From Bugula neritina (lineage: Eukaryota; Animalia; Bryozoa): a stretch of DNA of 64,000 bases. This document shows, one piece after another, positions 1 to 12,110 of this stretch (its first letter is position 1; every line of letters starts with the position of its first letter). The notes under the pieces were generated by a model. It worked only from the letters and a program-made list of their open reading frames with translations. It was not told where the DNA came from and did no database searches. The translations under genes were made by a program, and so were the position numbers. The stretch spans positions 27,031,504 to 27,095,503 of the forward strand of contig OZ037765.1 of the NCBI GenBank assembly GCA_964035545.1. Reading direction: 5' to 3'.

Positions 1-1918
1 CTACTATCTGTGATGGAGTGAGTATCATCAGTGAGAGCTTCGCTAGACAGAGACTGACGCTCTGAGTCGATAGCTGATATAGGTAAGTATGAGGTATTGT
101 AAGTATGATATGGGTGGGGTGGTAAGGCACAGTCGTCCCGGCTAGCCTTCTGAAGGTAGTAGCTGCAACAGAATAACCAGCATACTAACAGCTACTTCCA
201 GTCCCTTACATGACACACCTCTTACTTCCACATCACTCATACCAAGAAGATAAAAGGCAGCGCTTTGGCTGCCTATATAATATTTTGTTTCTAATGAAAG
301 GCAAAGAGAATATATTGCACTATATAGTCTAACATCATAAGAGCTTAAATACTTTCATCTTGATTTCATCCATTTACAAAGAGAATCTACAAGTATGACC
401 ATTGATCAAAACTATGAGAAATCTTTTGATTTCAAAGCTCTTCTACTCAACCCATATGTATCTTAATCAAGCAGGTTTGAAAGAGAAGGTAGAAACCTAT
501 CAATACAAAACAAAATTCGGATAGGTTTAATGATTGGCTGCTTACTGGCTTTCATCTGCTGAAGCCTTTATTTTCTACATCAAATAAAGAATTGTTAATT
601 AAGAGTTATACAAAATGCTAATCAGTACAATTTAAGTTAACTTTCCGAATTAGGAAGTCTCTAGCTAGGTGTCTCTCCACCTAACTAGCCCTATACCATG
701 TTTATTACAATACAAATGTAAGATAAGAACACAATAACCAGATAACGCTAAGCAAACATTCCAAACAGAAAATACAAACAACTATAGCAATAAATATCAA
801 ATAACATTCAACTTAATGGAAGCATTTGTACGAGTACTAGAGGATATGAATGTTGAAGGTAGATAACTGCAGAGGATATTACTTCGCAACCTGGCCAGAC
901 ATAGTGCATGTATAAGCTGTGTATATGCTTACCCTGCCTGGTCTTCAGGCTTTATCTTAGATTCCTGCCGCAATCTCTCTGTCATCTTCATATTCTTTGC
1001 AGTTAAAGAGAGAACCGGGGCATCTGAAGTGAAATTGTCAATGTTAGAAGAGACTGGGTGGAGATCTAGCTCTGAGTCTTCATGCACAGTTGGTAATGCT
1101 GTGCTCAATGGACGGGCACTGGTAGAGCCACTGGAATTCACAGAATCCTTTGGACTCTCTTCTAATGACTGAATATATTGCAGATAGATATTTGATTTAA
1201 AAAATGGTAAATAGAATTCTCTCCGTAAAATCTCCAAGACCTGGTCCTTGACAGGATCAAATATAGACTTAGAATACTGTTTAGAAGCCACTTGGCTTGC
1301 AATAGCCTCCTCGGACTCTTTGGCTATCATGGTTAGCTTTTTATCCTTTTTATCACCTTTTATATAAACTCTATTCATTGTTTTTACTAAATAACCAATA
1401 TCTTTCACAGCTTCGCTATCGAGAGCTTGAAGATATTTCCAAGCAAAATAAAATTCAAACAAGTTTACATTGTTCTCCTCTGTTAAGTATTTTTTAAATA
1501 AGTTTACGCCTTCAGCATCGTCAAGCAAATAGTCCAGGTCCTCAGACCATTTAGCATATATAGGGCTGCCGCTCTCCGTGAACTCCAACTTTCCATCCAC
1601 GCTGCCTTCAGGTTCAAATCCCAGCGGAGCCTCGTGCTCCCCAGCATGCTGAGCTGTGGCTGGTGGTTGTGAAACAGCGGCAGCTGTGGGTGGCAGTTTT
1701 GCTGGTTTCTGAACCTTTCTAGGAGTAGCTCCTCCAGCTCCAGAACTGTTACTCCGATTTGAATTAAGTGACTTGTGAGATCCTGAACTCTTATTGGAAT
1801 GGCCACCGGTGGACTGTTGCTCATTTTCTTCCCCTGGACCAACAGGTGGACGCGGTGTGTTTTCTGTGAAATTGCTTCCCCCTGAGTTATCCAAGTATCG
1901 GTGAACATCCACACTCAT
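1..1918 (-). CDS. Axin: Axin (Wnt destruction-complex scaffold), N-terminal part; gene continues beyond the left edge
   Basis: Coding exon 1918..933 has the tankyrase-binding segments (FTENTPRPPVGPGEE, LGFEPEGS) and an RGS domain (KWSEDLDYLLDDAEGVNLFKKYL...FYLPFFKSNIYLQYI), with a GTAAG donor at 932. Next exon 162..1 (phase 2, TTGCAG acceptor) reads YYLQKASRDDCALPPHPYHTYNTSYLPISAIDSERQSLSSEALTDDTHSITDS, matching the conserved Axin DSEQQSLSSDA motif. An acceptor at 1972-1973 implies an upstream non-coding exon. Confidence 0.95.
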
Positions 1919-4279
1919 AACTCATTAGCATAGCTATACTCCACTTGCAACCATTTGACAGCTTCGACTTTCTAAAATCACAGCAAGTTTGAATATGTAC
2001 ATGATCATAGCAATAGCCAATAGCAACTAAAACAGGACAGGCTTAATGATAGTGAGACAAACATAACAGCTGAGGCCATCCTATTAATCTCAAGAGCAAT
2101 TGGAACATTCCCAATAACACAATCTGCACAAAATTCTCTTTGATCATTGAAATCAATTTCAAAGGATTTCCCTTTGAAGTCTGCACTCGAATGACTAATT
2201 AAAGGAAGATGATACAATTGAAAAAGAGGCTATATGTAACTAAAGCTGTTACGACTGATTCTCCATCAGTCATGGTCCCAAGGAAATAACTTATTCTAGA
2301 AATAGGTTCAGATGGAGGGCAGTTGTGCAAGTTTTAAAACTCAAAACATCAAAGGTTTACAACCAATATTATAAAAAACTGCAGATCTGAATTGTTGAAG
2401 CCTACATAGAACTGGCAAGACTTAAAACTGACATCTAAGATTAAAGATGTTGGCATGACTGCCCCCTCCCTTGTGAAGATTAATAGAAGCCTTACATAGT
2501 TTTGGGTGCACAAGTGTTCAACACATTTAGATGTATGGCATATTTTAAATAAGTTGAAATACTAAACAAAAAAGATTAATGGCTCCCTTTGTGACTAGAG
2601 ACAGGCAAACAATGGCCTTTCTCAACAGTAAGTAGATTATTATCATCTGGTGTTCGAATGGAAGATTAGTAATTCCCATGCCTTGTATGAATTAAATACT
2701 TTTTAAAGTTTCAGCAGTAATGTATGCAGGCCACTGCTGTATAACAATTGGCACTTCTAGGTGTGAGGTGAGGTTTTCAATTTCTTTTCAAATCTGGCAG
2801 TAGTTGAACATAATATAATATATGAAACCAAAATATATAAAACTTTAATTACATAGTGGCCCAAAAAAGTCTTTCTTCAAAATAAAACAGAGTAGGTAGT
2901 AGCTTTGTAGGAAATGCAGACTGAGTCCACCAATATCATATATACACCACTGGTGCATGTAATCAACACCTTGAATATAAATTATATTAATTATAGATCC
3001 ATTAGACAGTGTGGATAAAAAAAGTTAGTTAGAGGGCAACTTTAATACCTAAAACTGCAGTCTAAACCACTCACCAAAAGAAGCATATTTAAGAAGCTCT
3101 GATGCCTATTTATAATAATTACATTTGTCTATATAGCAGTTTATGCATGTCATATACAACTGTTTTAGACCACCCAAGAAACTTGGTCAACAGCTTTACA
3201 TTATTAAAATGTATCTACAACTTTCAAGAATGCAGATGAAACACAGAGTTTATTTACGTGCAAGTTATATCTATTTAGTCATAATTCAGCAGAAAGTGCA
3301 ACTTACCAGGCTAAAAAATATATACTTCAAAATAGCTCCTAAAACTGGAGATGTGAATTGCAAATTCACAATTTTCAATAAAAAATTTTAAATTAGTTTC
3401 TCTCGATTTTAGCTTTTATATAACTTCTTATTTTGTTGACAGTAAAGAATTTACAGAAGTCATAATTACAAATAACATAACTATTTAAATAAACACTAAA
3501 TTCATTCAATAATTAAAAATATACACATTTGAGAGTAATTATTGTTGTAATTTATATTTACATATTGGACATATATTATTATAAGCTTCTGGCCACTTTA
3601 AGTTGATCCTTATTAGAATTCTAACCGTGCTAAATAATTCATATTGATTGTTTTTTCCACAATTACCATTCATATGATATTAATTAAATAGAATATCAAT
3701 ATAAATCATAAGTTTAATTACAATTCAATAAGCACCTACTAGTACTACTATTGAAATACTAGGAGTATCTACTCATATACTTAAATCACTAACACTATTA
3801 GTAATAGTAAAACCTACGATGGCTTATGATTATTATACCTATTAAATACAGTAGTTTTCATAGTTATACTTGTACTAATTCTAAAATATTTGTACTAATA
3901 TGCATTTAGTCATTCCACTTCAACCTTTACTTTTAAAAAACTGTGTTAATTACATTAACCTTACATGATAAGGCTTTTACTTTCAGTTCCACCAAGTTTA
4001 AAACTTTGGTGATTCACCAACAGTACACCTGGTGACTCACAAAAACACTGACATCTGACAATCAAGCTGAGAATCACTAAGAGTAACTGTAAGTTAGAGG
4101 CTGGGAAGTCCAAAATGGAAACCAAAACAGACACAATAAGATTGAGTGTAACTTGAATGGAATAAATTTAATCATCATTCATTCTGTTGGACATTTTTGA
4201 TTTTACAATTTATATTTCGATTTTAATTTTCTATGCTAGTGTTACCAAGTAAGAGTAAGAGTAGTTGTAAGAAAAAGAT

Positions 4280-5190
4280 GAAGATAAAATGTAACTAGTA
4301 GTACCAGTAGTAGCAGGTAGTAATTAGTGGAAATAGTATTACTAATAGTAATAGAGTATTAAATCTAATAAGTAATTGCAACTCGGTAGTAGTACTACTA
4401 GATCTAATAAACAATACCTACTCAATAGTAACTCAAACTGCAATTCATATCAGCATCAGTAATAGGTAATGATTATCATTATCATTATGATCATCACTTC
4501 ATGAGTTCATCATCATTTATTTCTTATCATCGTGATAATACTTATAGTTATAATTATTATAATTTGAATATCATAATGATATTGACTATCAACTTCAAGT
4601 AATTACTAATAGTAATTCAAATTGACATTGTGATTTAAATTGTGATCGTCAGTATCAATCTATCACTGTCGCTATCGGTATGACTATGAGTATCACTTTA
4701 TCAGTATGAGAATCAGTATAACTATGACTATGAGTATGACTAATACTACAATTATCAAAATGATAATCATAATGACTATGAGTATCAGTATGAGTATAGA
4801 CTATCACTATGACTATGTCTATAGTATACTCTAACTCTAAGTCTATACTTATACTATAACTTATAGTCTATACTATAGCCATAGTCATAGTGATAGTGAC
4901 AGTCTTAGTCTAAGAGTAAGTATCAGTATCACTATGGCACTGACAGCATCACTATTAGTATTACTATTACTATTAGTATTACAGTATTAGTATTAGTATC
5001 AGTATGAGTATGACATTGAGTTTGACTATTAGTATTACTATTACTTAGTATTACACTAACACTAACACTAACAGTAACACTATAAGTATTAGTATGACTA
5101 TGAGATTGAGTATCACTATGACTATCACTATCAGTATGACTATGTTTAAGGCTATCAGTATCATACTAATACTAATAGTAAACAGCTAAA
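4280..5190. repeat. Degenerate hexamer-periodic low-complexity tract (ACTATG/AGTATC/AGTATT)
   Basis: Runs such as actatgactatgagtatgact and agtatgagtatagactatcactatgactatg, with orientation switches. Boundaries approximate. Confidence 0.8.
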
Positions 5191-5379
5191 CTATGTAATT
5201 TAAATTGAAATTCAAATTGTATTTCAATTTGTATGACCAAATCCAATCGCCAACGGCAACTCCAAGTCAAACACCAACGGCAACAGACCTACAGTAACTA
5301 CAAAGCGTAATTAAGAAATTGGATTAGCTCACACATTATAATAATAGATACATGTATATTGTATATGACTTATACTTAC

Positions 5380-5901
5380 AAACTTTAATCAAAGATTACA
5401 GGCTCGTGCACTTATTTGTGATGACCGTGCCAAGTTCATGGTTCAAGTTCACGGTGGAATAATTAGAAGAAAATTTTAGGATGCAACTAGCTAAAAGTTT
5501 ATCGGCATTGAAGATACTAGAAATATGTCATTTTTTTATTCACTGTTTTTTAGTTTAAACAATTTTTTTTCATTAGTTTTCAACCTAAATAAATATTTTT
5601 GTAATGAAGAAAACAAATTGAAAAAAACACAAAGTAAGAACTTAAGATACAGAGTTATTCTCCCTTGAGCTCCGTGGTTATAATTCCAAACATACGCAGG
5701 AGGAACCTGTAAAAAGCATCTACATGACTCGAGCCAATCTGAAGTACAGATTCAAACTTCAGTGGTTGAAGATATCGTATAGCTGTTTGATGAGAATGTG
5801 ATAGAACTTCAACTTCAGACAGAAGAAAAGTAATTTGCTGTAGTGTTAAACTAGCAGAGTTTTATCAAATTGGCGACCGTGCCTTTCATCAATTAGAATA
5901 G
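5380..5901. promoter_or_regulatory. Putative divergent promoter and non-coding first exons of Axin (-) and FGFR1OP2 (+)
   Basis: Minus-strand GTAAGT donor at 5379 and plus-strand AG|GTATAAG donor at 5902. Both genes have a splice acceptor just upstream of the ATG (1972-1973 and ~7551). Start sites not observed. Confidence 0.45.
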
Positions 5902-5924
5902 GTATAAGTATTGATGAGTTATGG

Positions 5925-6560
5925 ACTAATAGTAATACTATTAGTATTAGTATTAGTATTACTATTACAGTATTAGTATTACTGTATTACTATTACTATT
6001 AGTAATACTATTACTATTAGTATTAGTATTACTCTATTACTATTAGTATTAGTAATACTAATACTAATAGTAATAGTAATACATTTATACTAATAGTAAT
6101 ACTAACGTCTAATAGTAATACCAATAGTAATACTAATACTAATACTATTAGTATTACTATTAGTATTAGTAATAGTAATACTAATAGTAATACTATTACT
6201 ATTAGAGTATTAGTATTACTATTAGTATTACTGTATTAGTATTACTATTGGTATTACTATTAGACGTTAGTATTACTATTAGTATAAATGTATTACTATT
6301 ACTATTAGTATAAGTATTACTATTAGTATTACTATTAGTATTATTATTATTACTATTAGAGTATTACTATTAGTATTACTATTAGTACTACTAGTACTAC
6401 TACTACTAGTAGTAGTACTAGTAGTACTAATACTAATAGTTATAGTTAAACTTAAAGTTAATGTTTTACTTAAAGTTATGATTTTAGTAATACTCTAATA
6501 CTAATAGCTATAGGAATACTAATGCTAATAGTAATGCTAATAGTATAACTATAACTGACT
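5925..6560. repeat. (AGTATT/ACTATT/AATACT)n degenerate tract containing internal inverted repeats
   Basis: Visible tandem hexamers. Inverted arms at 6061-6139 and 6233-6311, plus a hairpin at 6381-6431. Confidence 0.9.
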
Positions 6561-7575
6561 TTGAGTGTCAAATTGATTTTGATTTTCAGTGTTCATAATG
6601 ATAATGAAATTATTTTTGTTACTGTCACACTAAATCAGTAAATGATAAGTAAATGTTGCATCAACATTTTGAAAAGTAAACTATAACTATAAATTTGACT
6701 TTAAATTTCTATTTTACTTTTAGTTTTACTTTTAGGATAAGCATAAAACTAAAAGTAAAGTTGATTTACTAAATTATTAAATATATCATTGTGATTATGA
6801 TAATAATCATAATCATAATGATAATCATGTAATAATAGTGACTATGAATTGAAATATGTCAAAAACTAAAAGCAATCATGACATAATTTAAATTAGTGAT
6901 AGTTATTAATTTATTAGGTTATTCTTGTAGTTTTAAACTTTTTGTTCAGCTTTTAACTTTGTTTTTTTATACCCTCTTAGTCATAACCAGAATGAATCCT
7001 GGAACTTGATAGAATGATTCATTGATCATAGCAAAATTTAAATTATAAAATTGTGAATATTCTGATATCCAAATTATTGTTGATACAGTACTGATGGCCC
7101 ATATTTTAATAGCAACCAGCTATATTGTGCTGCTACTTTCAATATTAGATTCAGTTCTCAAGTTTAGCAGAAACATTAGTTGTAAGGTTGAGTAACTTAT
7201 ACTTAGTAATAGTATCTTTCATCTGTTGTTGATATAATAGTTGAAATTAGTGCTGTTGTAAGTGAAAGTAAAGAGTTTAATTAATAGACTGAGTTACTTA
7301 CCGCTTAGCTAGTATTCTTATTAAGGTAAATTTACATAAACTGTAACTAAAAAATAAATCTAATTGAGTTGCTTATTCAGTATTAAGTTACTGCAACTGC
7401 TACTCTACAGTCTACAACTACTTTTTAGAGTTTAAAGTATCAACTAGCTATAGTGCAACTTTTAATGGGTCAGCCGCTAAACAATAGCTATCAAAACCAC
7501 TGCTGGGTTACAGATCTTCATTTGAAAAGTAGATAGTGTTTTTATATTTCAGAACGTGGTTTTAAAAGATTTTTG

Positions 7576-8470
7576 ATGGCCTCACTTGAGCATCTAATAT
7601 CTGAAGCTAGACTTCTTGGTAACAGACTAAGGGAAAATGAATCTTTTGCGGACACACTGATTAGCCAGTCTAGCAACATTCAAGAAAGACTTACTGCAAT
7701 GAAAGAGGTATATTTTTTCATATTAAATTTCATTTGATTGTAATGTTAGCGCTATTATATAATTTTTGCCGACGCTAGCATTCTTCCTGTCCCATTTTCT
7801 TTTAATGACCATACAACTAGTTGCTACATACATGAAATTTCTTTAAAGGGATGTAATTGAATACAACCATTTATTTGTCAGCATGCTATACTGTATAGGT
7901 TAATGTATGGCAATAAACAGAGAGTTTTCAGTTAATCATTGTCTTAGCAATTTCTCTTATATAAAGTTGAAATCCATTCTTGTATTCTAAATATGAAAAC
8001 TCTGAGCACATGTCTTATTGTAGTATGAAGAAGATTTAAATAAACTAAATGACATTCCTAAAAGAAAACCAAGACAGAAACTTATAATGGAAATTGCCCA
8101 GGAGAGTAAGCAAATCCGTGATTTGAAAACAGAAAATTTAGAATTGAAGGCATGCTTAGATGAACACCAGACTACTCTAGAGTTAGTAATGAATAAGTAC
8201 AGGGAGCAAATCAGACAGTTTATGATGACCAAAAAGTTAGAAGACAACATATTGCAGGTGTTGCAAGAAAATAATGTAAGCAAATTAAAACATTATTTCT
8301 TAACTGTACAGATTGCCTAAGTTTATGTGCTTCATGAACATTTTTCAGGCTTCTGTGAGATTCTGACTGTTTTGAAAAGTTCCTCAAGTTAATATTAGTT
8401 TAGTTTGCATTTTTTCCAAAATGCTTTTTGGCCGTACATATAATATACACAGATAATATTTCCAAATATA

Positions 8471-8538
<68 letters not shown>

Positions 8539-9165
8539 CTTGTCAGTATGGCAACCAGAATTTCTGCATTTCTATCTAGGAGCTATTTTGTGCCAAAATG
8601 GCATGAAATTGTAACAATACCTAAAAATTCAGGCAAGCTTGTGAAGCTTTATTTTTTATATAAATAAAGATTGTTATTTAGCTGTGTTTTGTTACTGTTA
8701 GGAGCTGCAAAAATTGCACTATTTTTATTTGTTCTCTTACCATCATATTTTTCAAACACCTCACTCTCGTCCCTAATTATGTTTCAGTGTTCAGAAGGAA
8801 AAATGAGAGAGAAGATATGTGAGATGGTTTCCGTTATGCGTAAAGCAGCCACTGTGGATGACGAATGTGCTGACCAAGAACAGGAGAAGGTTACTCAGTT
8901 ACAAATTGAGAACGATGGTCTCAAGGAAATGTTGAGAATTCATAAAAAGATTGGTGTTGGATTTCATTCAGATGTAGTGACATGTGACCAAGCAATGCAA
9001 ACAGAGGGAGTTGAAGCTGACAATCAAACACAGGAAGAGGAAGCACCAGCTGCCTCATCTGATGGGAACACAACTCCTACATACCATGACCTTGACATTG
9101 ATAGAGAAAGGATGAAAAAGGCAGTTGTAGCAGTAGAAAAAGAATTTAGGAAAACTAATGTTTAG
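7576..9165 (+). CDS. FGFR1OP2: FGFR1 oncogene partner 2 / SIKE family coiled-coil protein (STRIPAK-associated), ~253 aa
   Basis: Exons 7576-7707, 8024-8275 and 8788-9165, all phase 0 GT-AG. MASLEHLISEARLLGNRLRENESFADTLI...AMKE|YEEDL...QESKQIRDLKTENLELKACLDEHQTTLELVMNKYREQ...KICEMVSVMRKAA aligns by eye to FGFR1OP2/SIKE1 ([37 protein letters not shown]). Confidence 0.92.
8478..8536. repeat. (TA)n microsatellite
   Basis: Perfect TA run in FGFR1OP2 intron 2. Confidence 0.95.
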
Positions 9166-9388
9166 TAACTCGCATGTTGGTGCTAGCATTATGACTGTTA
9201 CCAAATATTTTGCTTTCACTTTTTTTATTTTGATGCACAAAAACAAAACAGGTTGTAATTAGACTCAGTTATAGTTTGTTTGTATATTTTAAAATTTTCT
9301 ATCTGTGAGAAATGCAGAACATAAAAATATAAACACTATTTTTTAAAAAAATAAAAAAGTTACAAAATTTACAATTGTACAGCTTTAT

Positions 9389-11835
9389 TCATATTAGGTG
9401 TACACTACCATTCATTAGTAAATTCTGGATTGTTTTATATGGCAAGAGCTGTTGATCATCTTCATCAAAATCTACTACTTCATCTTCTATTCCACCAGGC
9501 TCACTTACTGTCACGCCTGTTATTGGTTTCTCGACTTTTATGAAGACGTATTTGTAGTATTCTGGCTTGATCACTGCAACAAGCAAAATATTAAAATTAG
9601 TATGTAATTATCAATTTATATATATATATATATATATATATACCATACTTCACTAAAAATTTGCCCGTTCATGAGTTAAGACACTGAATGTATACACAAT
9701 GCTGATGAATTGAAAGATGTTTGCACTAACTTACAAATCATTAAATAAAGCAGACAAACTGGAACTAATTTCTGTCACTAATTGTTAATCAACTATGAAG
9801 TTATCTTTTCATAACAGCTTTAAACTATTTACTGAGTTCAACATGTAATAATCTTAAGCAAAAGCTTTCGGCTGTTTATGAATAAATAATATGTGTAGGT
9901 AATATTCCCTAACCTCAGCTATTATACAAGTATAATAGCTGGGCAGAGTAGGGGGGGGGGGGTAAAATACCAATTAGGGTAAATTTGCTTGCAGTTGAAT
10001 ATTTCCTTTTAGCATGTATATTTAAATGCCACTGATGAACTTACATGACTACATTTAATGTTAAATTACAAGATGTTAGTATACTTATTTTAGGCGCTAG
10101 AAAAATTGTTTGACAACAATGGCTTTACAGTATATGCATTAGTAATGAGTCAAGAACTCTAAAAATTCTGAATCCATAAGACTAGAAGCTCATAAACCAT
10201 AATAGTGGAACTTACTCATTTTATCCATGTTGATTTTTCGAACATTTTCAGGCATATTTTTTCCAGCACTTTCTTCCAGATGTGTTTTCATGTTAGACCA
10301 AAATCTACAAGATGAAACATGATGGGTGCAAAAAACTCAGACACACAATAGTGGAATAGCAAATTGGTATTGTTTAGCTAAAAGCCAATATATGAATAAG
10401 AAACTTATTTGAGAGTTGTCCATCCATAACATAAGATCTTGTACAGTTTTCCACTAAGAAAAATCGGCACAGCTTTTTGGGGATGCAGCTGATTGGTTCA
10501 CAAAAACAATATTTTATATATAAAATGTATTATAATTAAAAATAGTCAGCACATGATGTGCATTATATAAAAGTAGAAAGAACCATCATTTACCCGGTAA
10601 CAAAAGTTAGCTCGTCATCCGTTAGTTTAGTTTGTTCAATTGGATCTGAGGCAATTAATTGCGCAAATTCTTCCAGCTACAATTTTAGGAGTAAAATAAA
10701 ATACAGAATATAAATATGTGCAGGAATACAGCCAGCTCCAAAGTCTAGCAATGAGTAAAACAGCAATCAACTCAATCACTGAGACCTGACGGTGTGATTC
10801 CCAACACAAGAAATAGAGCATTAGTTATCAACACAAGCTGTTGGCAAAAAACTACTAACATATATAGATATATGATCATATGGTTATATGTATATGAACA
10901 TATATAGATACTGTAAATCAGTATATGTATACATATTATTGTACAATATAAATTTTACCTTTTTAAGTCGGCATCTAAGATAATCTGAAATAATGAATTT
11001 TATTCTGTCCATCTCCATAACATGTGCAGCCACTCGGATGTCTGCCTTAGAAGTTGCCTGACTAATCATCACCTCCAGCTCTTTCAGCTGCTCCAACATC
11101 ACATCAACAAACTCCATATGGTGTTCCAGCAGCTCTGGGCACATCTTCTCATCCATCCATGCCTAAAACAGATATGTGGACTGTTTGAAGCATAGTCAGC
11201 AATGTGTTGTAGCGTTCAAAGATAACTCTTTTAAATAAATAAATTTTCAACACTTCTGAAAGCATAGCATAAGCACACATCAAATTCTTTTCAAGAAAAG
11301 TATTTGCTAGGGCAGGTTTTTCAGGAAATATCAACTGTACATCTATGAATGTGAAATAGTTTAAGTTAATTTCCCTTACAGTAAAATCCTACTAACTATC
11401 GAAAAACCAGTGTTGGGTCATTTTCAAGGCAACAGTGAAGCAAAGAGTAATTGTGCAGCAAAAGATCATAAACGTTCTATGTAAATACCTCAATAACAAA
11501 TATAAGTTGTGTTCTTTAATAATGGATTATAAACAAGTTTCACTATAATCTACAAGTTATGTTTTTTCTCTTCCACGCACGAGAGAGAAAAAGTGTGCGC
11601 GCGCGCGCGTGTGTGTGTGTTGGTGTGTGCGTGTGTTATAATTCTAACAGAAATTTATTAGGTTACTATTATGTCAATAAACAAATGTAAAAATTCTTAC
11701 TCTCTCCAGTTTATCCAACACCTGCGCTGCTGAATAACTTTCAGTCTGGCTCTCTTCACGTGTTTCAGACAAAATCTCTTTGTCTAAAAAGCTGCTGTCT
11801 TTTTGAATTCCAGAAAGTGAAATATCAATGTCCAT
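9389..11835 (-). CDS. GINS4: DNA replication complex GINS subunit Sld5, ~231 aa
   Basis: Exons 11835-11701, 11162-10959, 10676-10594, 10304-10216 and 9573-9389 (696 nt, phases consistent). Motifs LERAWMDEKMCPELL, MEMDRIKFIISDYLRCRLKKLEEF, YVFIKV and QQLLPYKTIQNLLMNGSVHLI are typical of Sld5. Confidence 0.93.
11593..11634. repeat. (CG)n(TG)n alternating purine-pyrimidine tract
   Basis: gtgtgcgcgcgcgcgcgtgtgtgtgtgt in the GINS4 intron after the first coding exon. Confidence 0.85.
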
Positions 11836-12034
11836 TATAGAAAGATAGACAAGTCATTAGTGAACCTGGAAGTATAAATTTGTGTCCTTTAAAGGATTGC
11901 TCTATCTTGTCTAATAAATGGCCATTTAGGTCAAACACACATAATATTGTGTTTTTCTAAGCATGCATTGACAAAAAGCATTTGACCAAAGGTAGAAAAA
12001 GTTAGTTGAAGTTGAGGGTGTAGATTGGTAACAG

Positions 12035-12110
12035 CCAAAACGCCGATTTTGAAATGAGCTGGGAAATGTGACGTAACAGCGCCAGCATTCCTGCTGGTCA
12101 CGTGACTATA
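12035..12110. promoter_or_regulatory. Candidate cis-element cluster upstream of GINS4 (CHR-like TTTGAA, E2F-like GCTGGGAAA, CRE-like TGACGTAA, palindromic E-box GTCACGTGAC)
   Basis: Motifs read directly within a locally CpG-richer patch. Function inferred only from motif similarity. Confidence 0.35.

Noticed and set aside
1504-1914. 136-aa alternative-frame ORF overlapping Axin
   Set aside because: No recognisable motif; expected by chance within a GC-richer exon.
9951-9962. Poly-G/C runs (also ~23459-23470 and ~57999-58008)
   Set aside because: Single short homopolymers with error-prone length; not enough to claim a G-quadruplex role.
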